Origin: an uncultured delta proteobacterium
Lineage (GTDB): Bacteria; Desulfobacterota; Binatia; UBA9968
NCBI GenBank assembly: GCA_963745835.1
Contig: CAVUZH010000003.1
Coordinates: forward strand, 448,001-512,000
Reading direction: 5' to 3'
DNA length: 64,000 bases
A program made the translations under genes and the position numbers. Below the pieces are notes generated by a model, which saw nothing but the letters and a program-made list of their open reading frames with translations, did not search any database and was not told the origin of the DNA. The stretch's first letter is position 1. Each line of letters starts with the position of its first letter. Positions 21,669 to 33,010 of the stretch are shown here, piece by piece.

Positions 21669-21825
21669 CTAGCAGGTTGCTGAAAAACTCTGGTTGCAGG
21701 CTGCTCAAAAAGATCCAGATGCGAGGCGCGCGATGAAATCGACGAGCTAAGGCGTACTTACAGTACGTTGCAGCGAGACGATTGAGTGCAACGAAGCATA
21801 TGGGTCTTTTTCAGGAGCCTGCTAG
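21669..21825. mobile_element. MITE family A, copy 3 (full length)
   Basis: CTAGCAGGTTGCTGAAAAA ... TTTTTCAGGAGCCTGCTAG with CTAG at both ends. Confidence 0.85.
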
Positions 21826-22051
21826 GCTGAAAACCCTTGGCATACGGACGTTCTTTGGATTAGAATCCCCTCGCCGATATTGTTTGCAGCCCGAGCCTGC
21901 CTTTCCGGATCTCCGAGCGCAAATTCCCGGCACATTAAATCCAATCACGTTTAAGAGAGCGACTCTGCATCGCCGAAAAGCTCAGAGGACGAACCCGCTA
22001 GCAGCGCTCGCGTGATCATAAGCGGTGGAGACCCAAGTAAGTTAAACAGAT

Positions 22052-23616
22052 ATGTCAAATAACGGTAATAACGATAAATCTCTCGAATCGTGGATCTGGG
22101 ATGCCGCGTGTTCGATCCGCGGCGCAAAGGATGCCCCGAAGTTCAAGGAATACATCCTGCCGCTGATCTTCGCCAAGCGGCTGTGCGATGTCTTCGACGA
22201 CGAGTTGAACCGCATCGCCAAAGAGGTCGGCTCGCGCGCCAAGGCGTTCAAGCTCGTCAAGCACGACAAGAAGCTCGTCCGCTTCTACCTGCCGCTCGAG
22301 CCGCAGAATCCCGACGATCCCGTCTGGTCAGTCATCCGCAAGCTCACCGACAAGATCGGCGAGCAGCTGACGACCTACCTGCGCGACATCGCCGATGCCA
22401 ACCCGCTGCTCAAGGGAATCATCGACCGAGTGGACTTCAACGCCACGACCCACGGCCAGCGCGATATCGACGACGACCGCTCTCAGCAATCTGATCGAGC
22501 GGATCAGCGAGAAGCGCCTGGGTCTCAAGGACGTCGAGGCCGACATCATCGGCCGCAGCTACGAGTACCTCATCCGCAAGTTCGCCGAGGGCAGCGTCTC
22601 CAGCGCCGGCGAATTCTACACGCCCACGGAAGTCGGCCTGGTCATGGCGCGCATCATGGACCCCGAGCCGGGCATGAGAGTCTACGATCCCTGCTGCGGC
22701 TCGGCGGGACTGCTCATCGAGTGCGAGTTGGTGCTGCGACGAAAAGATGAACTGCGCTCGCGCAAGAAGTACGCGCCGCTCCAGCTCCACGGCCAGGAGT
22801 ACATCGCCGGAAACCTGGGCGATGGCCAACATGAACATGATCATCCACGACATGGAGGGCCAGATCGAGATCGGCGACACGTTCAAGAACCCGAAGTTCC
22901 GCAAGGGCAACCGCCTCCAGACCTTCGACCGCGTCGTCGCCAATCCGATGTGGAACCAGGACTGGTGCAAGGAAGACGACTACGACGCCGACGAGCTGGA
23001 CCGCTTTCCGAAGGGCGCGGGCTTTCCCGGCCGCAAGGCCGACTGGGGCTGGGCGCAGCATCATCCTCGCCTCGCTGAACGACGCAGGCCGGGCCGCGAT
23101 CGTGCTCGACACCGGCGCCGCCTCGCGCGGCTCCGGCAACGCCAACAAGAACAAGGAAAAAGACGTGCGCCAATGGTTCGTCGAGCAGGACCTGATCGAA
23201 GGCGTGATCTACCTGCCCGAAAATCTGTTCTACAACACCACCGCGCCGGGCATCATGCTGTTCCTGAACAAGGCCAAGCCGAAGGACCGCAAGGGCAAGC
23301 TTTTCCTGCTCAACGCCAGCCAGCGAGTTCGACAAAGGCGACCCGAAGAACTATCATCTCCGACGACGCCATCGCAGCGAATCGCCGAGACGTTCAAAGC
23401 GTGGCAGGAAGAGGAGAAATTCGCCGCATCGTCACGCGCGAGGAGATCGCGAAGAAGGATTACAACATCTCGCCCAGCCGCTACATCCACACCGGCGAAG
23501 CGGACGAGTACCGGCCGATCGCGGAGATTGTGGAGGAGTTGGATGAGCTCGAAGAAGAGGCATCCGAGGTTAGCGCCGCACTTCGTCGTATCTTACATAG
23601 CCTACACGCGAGCTAA
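22052..23616 (+). CDS. hsdM: Type I restriction-modification methyltransferase subunit (several frameshifts)
   Basis: [46 protein letters not shown] (motif I), VVANPMW (motif IV), [18 protein letters not shown], spread over the 22052, 22395, 22747 and 23102 frames. Confidence 0.9.
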
Positions 23617-24898
23617 ATGGAAAACGGTTTGGATATTGCTGAAGGCTGGCAACGACGGCCACTCCGAGAGATTGGAGACGTTGTTACAGGTCGCACTCCC
23701 AGCACCAGCCGAACTGATATTTTATGGCGGGGACTACAACTTAGTCTCACCCGCGGATTTGAATGGTAACAAATACGTAGGCTCCGCCCATCGACGCCTA
23801 ACGAGAGCTGGCTTTGAGCAATGCCGCGCGTTGCCAAGGGACGCTGTCCTCGTAGGCTGCATCGGAAACGTGGGAAAGCTCGGGATGGTTGCTGACGAAT
23901 ATACCGCATCCAATCAGCAGATAAACGCGATTGTCTGTTCTTCCGAGTACGATCCGCATTTCATATACTATCGCCTTTACAAGGATCGAGATCGTTTGGA
24001 AAAGGCCGCCGTTAAGACCACTGTTCCAATCCTAAATAAGACTAACTTCGAGAGCTTTGAGGTAGACGTTCCATGTCTGGCGGACCAGCGAAAGATTGCG
24101 GCGGTGTTGGGGCTGGTGCAACGGGCGATCGAGCAGCAGGAGCGGCTGATCGCGCTGACCGCGGAACTGAAAAAGGCGCTTCTCCACAAACTCTTCACCG
24201 AAGGCCTCCGCGGCGAACCACAAAAACAAACCGAAATCGGCCCCGTGCCGGAGAGTTGGGAGGTGGCCGAGCTAGGAAAGCTTGTCAACCTCTTCGGCGG
24301 CTATGCGTTCAGGTCAGAAGATTCCGTACCGATCTCGAATACTCAGCTAGTGAGGATGGGCAACCTCTATCAGAATAAGCTCGATCTGACGCGAAGTCCT
24401 ATTTTTTACCCGGATGATTTTACCCAGCAGTACGCTCGTTTCGTCCTAAAGCAGGGAGATCTAATCATGTCGCTGACGGGGACGAGTGGGAAAGAAGACT
24501 ACGGTTTTACGGTTGAAATAAAACACGTTCCCAAAACTCTCTTGCTTAACCAGCGCGTTGCGAGGGTCGACATTACCTGCAGTAAACTGGTTAAAGATTT
24601 CCTTTTTTATTTTTTGTTGTCTCGAAAGTTTCTCAATCAGCTGTATCAAACTGCTAAGGGTATGAAACAAGCCAATCTCTCAACGTATGCTATGAAGGAA
24701 TTGAAAGTTCCTGTTCCCTCCGTACGTGAACAGAAAAACATCGCAGATTATTTCAGAGCGATTGATCAGAGGAATGACATTCATCAAAGACGAGTAGATA
24801 TGCTACAGGATCTCTTCCGTACCTTGTTGCACCAACTGATGATGGCGCAGATTCGGGTCCACGATCTAAACCTTTCAGAGTTGGAGTCAGACCTATGA
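23617..24898 (+). CDS. hsdS: Type I RM specificity subunit (frameshift near 23718)
   Basis: ATG 23617 gives [16 protein letters not shown]...GRTPS; TRD1; central conserved QRKIA.VL...[11 protein letters not shown]...EIGPVPESW; TRD2; EQKNIA...FRTLLHQLM. Confidence 0.9.
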
Positions 24899-26346
24899 GC
24901 AACGAGGCGATTTCCGCCGAAACCCTCATCCGCGAATACACTCGCGAGCTCCATAACAAGAACACAGCCGTGTTCGCAGGCGCCGGCCTATCGATGAGTT
25001 CAGGTTACGTTGATTGGAGAGGGCTGCTCCGCGAAATCATCCGAGATCTTGGTCTCGATCCGGAGAAGGAGCACGACCTGGTTACTCTGGCTCAATACCA
25101 TTGCAATCGAGCCGGAGGCAATAAAACGCAACTTACTCAAGCTATTTTCAACTATTTTGCTACAACCAAAACGCCAAACCAAAATCATAGTATTTTGGCA
25201 CGTCTTCCAATTCATACTTACTGGACGACTAACTATGACAAATTGATTGAGAAGGCGCTAGAAGAAGCTAAAAAGGTGCCGGATGTAAAGTATACGCTGA
25301 AACAACTATCCGTAACACGACCAGATCGCGACGTCGTTGTTTTCAAGATGCACGGCGACGTTGATAACCCAGCAGACGCTATTATCTCCAAAGACGACTA
25401 CGAAGCTTATCCGATTAAAATGAGCGCCTTCGCCTCAGCGTTACGCGGCGATCTTGTCGAAAAGACTTTCCTTTTCTTGGTTTCAGTTTCACGGATCCAA
25501 ACATCGATTATATTCTCAGCCGGGTGCGAGTTCAGTACGAGCAACACCAACGCCAGCACTATTGCGTCCAAAAACGAGTATCGAGGATTAGGATGAATCC
25601 GATGAGGACTTTAACTATAGAGGTCTAAAACAAGACTATTTCATCCGAGACCTGAAGCGCTTTGGCATCTGCACTGTCTCGTTGACGAGTATTCGGAAAT
25701 CACTGCGCTCCTTGAAAGGATCGCAGCAACCTATAGGCGTTCGTCCATTTTTCTTTCTGGCGCCGCTGAGGACTACGCAAGCTGGACTCGTGAAGACGCC
25801 GAGGCGTTTTTGCACAAGCTGAGCTATCAACTCGCCTCAAAGAAAAACCGGATCATTACGGGCTTTGGGCTTGGCGGTGGAGGGCCTGTCATCAACGGCG
25901 CTCTGGCTTATCTGAACGATGCAGGAAAAACAATCGCTGACGAAGACATTATGATGCGGCCGTTCCCACAAGTCGCTACCGGCGGTAAAAGCCTTACTGA
26001 AGAGTGGACGCAGTATCGCAAGAGAATGATCGACTATGCGGGTATTGCGATCTTTATTTTTGGAAACAACCGTGACGTCAACGGGGACATTGTTCCATCG
26101 AATGGAATGAGAGAGGAATTTGATCTTTGCCTCGCCGCGCGAGTTCGCCCACTGCCTATTGGCGCAACGGGTTTCATGGCGGAGACGTTGTTCAATGAAG
26201 TGCTTAGCAATTTTGCAAAGGTCTATCCGAATGCGGATGGCGAATTTCGTCGTGAATTTGAAAGCCTGGGAGATAACTCAAAACGACCCGACGAACTTAT
26301 TACTATCGTACAGAAGCTAAGTGAGCGCCTGCAGAAAGGCGGATAA
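24895..26346 (+). CDS. thsA: Thoeris type I effector ThsA: SIR2 NADase plus STALD/SLOG sensor (frameshifts about 25480-25700)
   Basis: SIR2: FAGAGLS, WTTNYD, KMHGD, (shifted) [15 protein letters not shown]: [51 protein letters not shown] overlap with hsdS. Confidence 0.88.
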
Positions 26347-26348
26347 CA

Positions 26349-26922
26349 ATGGCCAAGAGAGTATATTTTGCATTTGACTATGAAGACGTGAGTGACTTTC
26401 GCGCTAACGTTGTGCGGAAACACAACTTTACGGGAGGTGTGTTGAGAAGGCGGGTTATTTCGACGCCTCCATTTGGGAAGAGGCTAAAAGAAAGACGCGG
26501 TTGCCTTGAAACGTTTGATCAACGCGGAACTGGAAAACACGTCTGTAACGGCGGTGCTTATTGGCGCCGGGACTTATGCTCGCCGTTGGGTACGCTATGA
26601 GATCGTCAACAGTATTGAGCGTGGAAATAAAGTCATCGGCATTCACATCAACAACATCCTGGATAAAAACCGGCAAGCAAAACCTCTCGGGCCAAATCCG
26701 TTCGATTATCTTGGTATGGAGATCAGTCAAAACGGCACGCGAGGCACGCCAAGGGTTTGGGATGGGACGCAATGGGTTTATTACCAGGATCTGGATGCAT
26801 TTGCGATTGTTCAGCAGCCTTTAGATAAACGAGGAAAGCGCTTTCAGCTGTCGCATTGGCTGCCGGTTTACGACTGGGTTACTAATGACGGTTACAACAA
26901 TTTCAGTAGCTGGGTCCAATAA
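26349..26922 (+). CDS. thsB: Thoeris TIR-like sensor ThsB1 (MTH538/DUF1863 type), frameshifts about 26440-26500
   Basis: KRVYFAFDYED..FRANVVR, (shifted) DASIWEEAK, TSVTAVLIG..T..RRWVRYEI (catalytic Glu), IGIHIN. Confidence 0.85.
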
Positions 26923-27487
26923 TGTCTCTGTTTCGTGAATCAGTGCACGTGAGAGCAAGGTGGCTGCGCACGTATCGCACCGCACCGACCCTCTTGAACG
27001 AACCATAACAAAAAGGTCGTGTTTCTGGACATGATACTTTTCTATCTCATGCCTACGATGATCGGGACCTCGTTATCGCCTGGCATTATTGATCCAAGAC
27101 CTTGGTTATTCAGTTTACATTGATTGGCGGGATCATTCGTCGCTTGATCGTAACCGTGTTACCTCGGCGACAGCGGAAAGGCTCCGCCATCGGATGAAGA
27201 CAAGTAAAAGTTTGTTCTATTCAACTAGTGAAAGCGCTAGTCAATCAAAATGGATGCCTTGGGAGCTAGGCTACAAAGATGGTCAGAATGACCGAGCTGC
27301 AATTCTTCCCGATTTCTCGTCAGTTAACCGATGCCTATAATGGACAGGAGTTTTTGGGCGTTTATCCTTATGTCAATCAGGACGCGGACAGACAAGGTAA
27401 ACAGCGACTTTGGATTCATAGAAGTCCGACTGTTATGTGGTTTTCGACAATTGGCTCGCTGGAAAAGAACCTTGGGAAAGAGGTTAA
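26922..27487 (+). CDS. thsB: Second Thoeris TIR protein ThsB2, several frameshifts
   Basis: TAATG overlap with ThsB1; DTFLSHAYDD, LGYSVYIDW, TAE.LR.RM..SKSL, SKWMPWELGY.DG (catalytic Glu), GQEFLGVYPY; stop TAA 27485-27487. Confidence 0.8.
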
Positions 27488-27633
27488 AGAGCTGCTGTCC
27501 CATGGAAACTGTCCGTTGGAACAAACGGTGACCGTGAACGAGCAACAGCTTGGCAGCCTATTTGACGGCTATTCCAACATAATTGCTTGAATAGAGGCCT
27601 TGTCTTCATAGAAAAGCAATCCGAGACCTAATA

Positions 27634-28718
27634 ATGTCCTTCGACCCAGACAAGCCTTACAACGACCTCCCGCTGCTTCCTCCGAAGGCGGAGCTTGAAA
27701 CCAAAGCGGTGCTGAGAAAGGCGATCGCGGCGAACAAGGCGCTGGCGGAGCTGAAGGGTGCGGGGGAGTTGATTCCGAACCAGGGTGTTTTGATCAACGC
27801 GATCGTTTTGCAGGAGGCGAAGCTGTCGTCGGAGATCGAGAACGTCGTGACGACGAATGACGAATTGTACCGAGCGTTTGCCGACGCGGGACAGACTACC
27901 GACCTACAGACTAAAGAGGTTTTACACTATTCGGAAGCGCTCTGGCATGGCTACGAGCTGCTCAAGAATAAGAAACGACCGCTGACCACCAACTTGTTCA
28001 TCGAGTTGTTCCAGATCGTCAAGCAGACGAGCGAGGGTATTCGGAAAGGCGGCGGAACCAAGCTGGCGAATCCGGCGACGAAAAGAATCATTTACAGCAC
28101 CGCCCGAAGGGGGAAAATATCCTGCGCGATAAGCTGGCTAATCTGGAGAAGTTCATCTATTCGGAGGACGACTGGACCGCTGATTAAGCTTGCGGTGCTG
28201 CATTATCAGTTCGAAGCGATTCACCCGTTTAGCGACGGCAACGGACGGACAGGGCGAATCATCAATATTCTTACCTGCTCGACCGCGGCTTGCTCGATAC
28301 TCCGGTGTTGTATCTGAGCCGGTACATTATCGAGAACAAGGACGGCTACTACCGGGCGCTGAGAAAGGTCACGGAAACCGGTGCGTGGGAACCCTGGGTT
28401 CTTTACATGCTGGAAGGGGTGGAACAAACGGCACGATGGACCCGGGTCGAGTCCGTGGCGATCAAGGATCTGATGAACAAGACCGCCGAGATAGTCAGGA
28501 AGAGGGCGCCAAAGATCTATTCAAAAGATCTTGTCGAGGTCGTCTTTCACCAGCCCTACAGCAAGATCAAGTTCCTGGAGGAGATGGGGATCGGCAACCG
28601 GCAGACCGCTTCGGCTTATTTGAGGGAGTTAGAAAAAATCGGCGTGCTTCGGGGCGTGAAAAAGGGCCGGGAAATTTACTATCTGAACGGCAAGTTTTTG
28701 GATTTGCTAGCGAAGTAG
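27634..28718 (+). CDS. fic: SoFic-type (class II) Fic AMPylase with C-terminal wHTH, frameshifts about 28100-28280
   Basis: PYNDLPLLPP, ALAELKG, inhibitory SSEIEN helix, canonical HPFSDGNGRTGR, LYLSRYII, RQTASAYLREL..IGVL. Confidence 0.9.
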
Positions 28719-28736
28719 GACAAAGGGCCGGTAGGG

Positions 28737-29050
28737 CATATGTTCGCGAAACGAACATGTACCAGGGATATGTCGAAAAAAGCAGTTTTTTTCGACATAT
28801 CTCGAAAACATGTCGAAGGCGCGAACATGTGGGCGAGTGTGGCTGAACCTCATCTTCTTCACCGGATTTGCGCGCCACTTTATGTGGCGCGATTCCGGAA
28901 TCGCGCCATTATGACAAACCGGATGCGCGTGCCAGAAATTGACGTTGATATTGAGTTAGGTAACCGCACGGTCATAAACGGTAATCGGATATGTCCAAGA
29001 AAGCCGCTTTTTTGGACATATCCCGAGAACTTGTCCAAGCTTGGACATAT
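28737..29050. repeat. Stack of palindromic/inverted-repeat modules between fic and hsdR
   Basis: Two homologous units of about 65 bp (28766-28830, 28987-29050), each a long hairpin; perfect 24-bp palindrome at 28885-28908; perfect 16-bp palindrome at 29032-29047. Confidence 0.85.
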
Positions 29051-29066
29051 CGATATAGCTTGACTG

Positions 29067-32005
29067 ATGGCCAATCCCACCGAGTACAAGACCGTTCAGG
29101 CCCGCATCCTGGCCTACGCGCAGGAGATCGGCTGGACGTATGTGCCGCGCGAGAGGCGGAGCGGCGGCGCGGGTTTGATCCTGACGGCGCCACGCCGGAA
29201 GAGCGGGCCCGCACGGCGTCTCTCTATTCTTCGGCGACCTGCTCCACGCCCAGGTTCGCGCCTTCAATCCGAAATACAAAGAAGCCGAGGGCGCGCTGGT
29301 CGGCGAGTTGCAGCGGCTCCACGCGGACATCTCCGGCAACCGCGATTTCCTGACCGCTCTGCGCAACCAGGGCAAGTTTTTCTCTGCGGAGGAGAACCGC
29401 GAGCTGGACCTGACGCTGATCGACTACGGCGACCTGGCTCGACCCGCGAAACGATTGGCGCAACGTCTACGAGGTGACCGAGGAGTTCTACGTCCACAAC
29501 GGCCGCTACGGCACGCGCGAGGATGTGGTCTTTCTCATCAACGGCATCCCGGTGCTGGTGATCGAGTGCAAGAACGCGACCAAGGACGAGGCGATCGCGC
29601 TCGGCGTCGATCAGATCCGCCGCTACCACGCGAGACGCCGGAAGTGATGGTGCCGCAGATGCTCTTCACCGCCACCGAGGCGATCGGCTTCGCCTACGGC
29701 GTGACCTGGAACATGGTCCGCCGCAACATCTTCAACTGGAAGCACGAGGAGAACGGCAACCTCGAAGCAAGGTCAAGAGCTTCTGCGCCGTGCCGCATCT
29801 GCTGCGCTTGCTGAAGGACTTCATCCTCTTTGCCGAGAAGGACGAGGAGCTGCAGAAGTTCATCCTGCGCCAGCACCAGACGGCGGCCGTGGAGAGGGTG
29901 GTGGCGCGCGCGCTGGACCCGAAGCGCGCGCGCGGGCTGGTCTGGCACACGCAGGGCAGCGGCAAGACCTACACGATGATCAAGGCCGCCGAGCTGCTGT
30001 TCAAGGCGCCGCAGGCGGAGAAGCCGACCGTCCTGGTGATGATCGACCGCAACGAGCTGGAAGACCAGATGCTCAGGAACCTGGCGGCGGTCGGGCTGGG
30101 CAACGTGGCGCACGCCGACCGCATCGCGGAGCTGAACAAGCTGCTCAAGGAGGACTACCGCGGCATCATCGTCACGATGATCCACAAGTTCCGCGACATG
30201 CCGGCGGACCTCAACACGCGGACGAACATCTTCGTGCTGATCGACGAGGCCCACCGCACGACCGGCGGCGACCTCGGCAACTACCTGATGGCCGGCCTGC
30301 CGAACGCGACGTTCATCGGCTTCACCGGCACGCCGGTGGACAAGACCGCCTACGGCAAGGGGACGTTCAAGACCTTCGGCGGCGAGGACGACAAGGGCTA
30401 CCTCCACAAGTATTCGATCCGCGAGAGCATCGAGGACGGCACGACGCTGCCGCTCTACTACAACCTCGCGCCCAACGAGATGCTCGTGCCGCACGAAGTG
30501 ATGGAGAAGGAGTTCTGGCTCTCGCCGAGACCGAGGGCATCGCCGACATCGAGGAGCTGAACAAGATCCTCGACCGGGCGGTGAACCTGAAGAACTTCCT
30601 CAAGGGCGAGGAGCGGGTCGACAAGGTGGCGCGGTACGTGGCCGAGCACTACGTCGAGAACGTCGAGCCGCTGGGCTACAAGGCGTTTCTGGTGGCCGTG
30701 GACCGCGAGGCGTGCGCCCTCTACAAGGAGGCGCTCGACGAGTACCTGCCGCCGGAGTATCTCGGAGGTCGTCTACACCGGCAACAACAACGACCCGCCG
30801 CAGCTGAAGAAGTGGCACCTCGACGAGAAGAAGGAGAAGCAGATCCGCAAGGACTTCGCCAAGGTCGGCGAAGACCCGAAGATCCTGATCGTCACCGAGA
30901 AGCTGCTGACCGGCTTCGACGCGCCGATCCTCTACGCGATGTATCTCGACAAGCCGATGCGCGACCACACGCTGCTGCAGGCGATCGCGCGGGTGAACCG
31001 GCCCTACGAGAACGAGCGGGAGGAGATGGTCAAGCCGCACGGCTTCGTGCTCGACTTCGTCGGCATCTTCGACAAGCTGGAGAAGGCGCTGGCGTTCGAC
31101 AGCGACGAGATCAACGCGATCGTCAAGGACCTCGGGCTGCTCAAGCAGCTGTTCAAGGCCAAGATGGAGAGCAAGGCGCCGGAGTATCTGGCGCTCGTCA
31201 CGCAGGACTTCAACGACAAGGACGTGGACAACCTGATCGAGCACTTCCGCGACAAGGAGCGGCGCAAGGAGTTCTTCAAGGAGTACAAGGAAATCGAGAT
31301 GCTCTACGAGATCATCTCGCCGGACGCGTTCCTGCGGCCGTTCATCGACGACTACGCGACCCTGTCGTCGATCTACGCCGTGGTCCGAAAGGCCTACGCA
31401 AAGAAGGTGTACGTCGACAAGGCGTTCCAGCGGAAGACCAACGAGCTGGTGCAGAAGCACATCGGCACCACGGTCATCGAGCAGTGCGACAAATTCGTGA
31501 AGCTCGATCGCGCCGCCATCGAGACGATCAAAAAGAGCGAGGAAGGGGAGGCGGTCAAGGTCATCAATCTCATCAAGTCGATCGAGAGAACGGCGGAGGA
31601 GAACAGCGACGATCCCTTCCTCGTCGCCCTGGCGGAGCGGGCGAGGGCGGTGCAGGAGAGCTTCGAGGACCGGCAAAGCAGCACGGCAGAAGCGCTGGCC
31701 GAGCTGCTTAAGGAAATCGAGAGGAACGAGGAGCGCAAGAAAACAGACGGCGAAGGGCCTGGACGCCATGACCTACTTCGTCCTGTGCAAGCTCACCGAC
31801 GACGGCATCCCGAACCCTGAGATCGCCAGCAGGAAAGTGCGCGGGCGTTCGCCAAGTATACCAACTGGCGGTGCAGCGAGGCTGAGCTGCGCGAGGTGCG
31901 CAAGACAGGTGACTTTCGCGCATCATCGCCGAGGAGGAAGACCTCGAAAGGTGACAGCAGCGGTCGAAGCCTTGTTCACTCTTCTGCACAAGGCTCCGGC
32001 CATGA
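29067..32005 (+). CDS. hsdR: Type I RM restriction subunit (many frameshifts)
   Basis: Nuclease [16 protein letters not shown], Walker [41 protein letters not shown] across successive frames. Confidence 0.9.
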
Positions 32006-32280
32006 GCGCCTGGCGCGACAAGGAAGAGTTTAAGGCCCGCGTGCTCGAATGGGCCGACAAGCTGGAGGTCAAGGTGCGCGTGCTGACCGTCCGGCCGATG
32101 CGTAACAAATGGGCCTCTTGTTCGACCGCTGGGAACTTAAATTTCTCAACACGGAGCTTTTCCAGTTTTTGGATCCAGCTGTTGGTGATTATCGTGAACG
32201 GTAACCGCTGGCATTTGCCGGACGCATGATGGTAACTTTGGAGAGTTTTATGCAGCGCATTCTGGCGATTACTACGTAAA
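32002..32280 (+). pseudogene. M48/YgjP (DUF45) metallopeptidase usually found after hsdR; 3' half degraded
   Basis: ATG 32002 [14 protein letters not shown]...MRNKWASCSTAGNLNF; the expected HExxH motif cannot be read downstream. Confidence 0.7.
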
Positions 32281-33010
32281 AAAGTCAGATCAGAAGTTAA
32301 ACCAATTGCCACTCCGAGGCAGAAATAAAAAGGGATAGGGTTGTTTTACTGGTGTCAAAAGCCAGTACCGCACCAGGCCCTTATGAGAGCATCAGAATCT
32401 CAATGGGATGAGTTGGAAAGCGCGGCGACCAAGATGTTCCGAGTTGGGGTTGATGGTAGTGAATTGGAATGGGCTAGGGAAGCATGGAGCCATTTGACAG
32501 GGGGTGCTTAGCTGTCGCAATGACGATACTCGATCTTACCGCAGCTAAGCTTCGACTTATAACCCTTGCCCGTATCTATCAGGAGTTTGTAGCTTTGCAT
32601 GGACCAAAATCCGGAAGTGCCAGTGCATGGCACTGTGGACTATTAGATTAATTTAGTCCGGCTTCTGGGGTTGCTGCAAAGGCCGCAGGCGGTGAAACTG
32701 ATTAAGAAATGTATTAAAGAAAATACTAGCTTTGTCAGGGTGGCCTTGGTAAGCGGTGACAGATAGTCAGCGACAAGAGATTTTCGAGTGCCTCAGGGCT
32801 GGCTGCGGTGAGCAATCGACTTAGAGCCGTCTCGGCACACTCGTCGGCTGGCCGCTGAAGAAGATTCCATGCGTCTATAATTCGAAGCGACAGGCGCTAA
32901 ACAGCTCTCTGCGCTTAAGAGTATGTCAGGAGCGAGGTCTTTGACCACAACCTGAGCATCCGAAATTCTAGAACCGTTGCCCCCTCACACTCACTTAATA
33001 CTCGTTGTCC

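Noticed and set aside
21503-21825. Short ORFs overlapping MITEs (also 17568, 18618, 42859, 50525, 53626)
   Set aside because: They translate repeat DNA (recurring CRLLKKIQ-type strings), with no evidence of being genes.
23102-24898. 598-aa HsdM-HsdS fusion suggested by the ORF track
   Set aside because: Product of frameshifts; a proper hsdM stop (23614-16) and hsdS start (23617) exist.
28737-29050. CRISPR array or integron attC sites
   Set aside because: Only two homologous units, no regular repeat-spacer period, no cas or intI gene in the window, and no clear RYYYAAC...GTTRRRY boundaries.
29694-31769. Long minus-strand ORFs (266 and 389 aa) opposite hsdR, and similar antisense ORFs elsewhere
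   Set aside because: Shadow ORFs expected from strong GC3 bias; no domain motifs.
31768-32229. HsdR-M48 fusion ORF
   Set aside because: An ATGA overlap at 32002-32005 indicates two genes; the apparent fusion arises from frameshifts.
32280-33010. Additional gene(s) after the M48 remnant
   Set aside because: Some coding-like stretches, but no frame or motif could be reconstructed.
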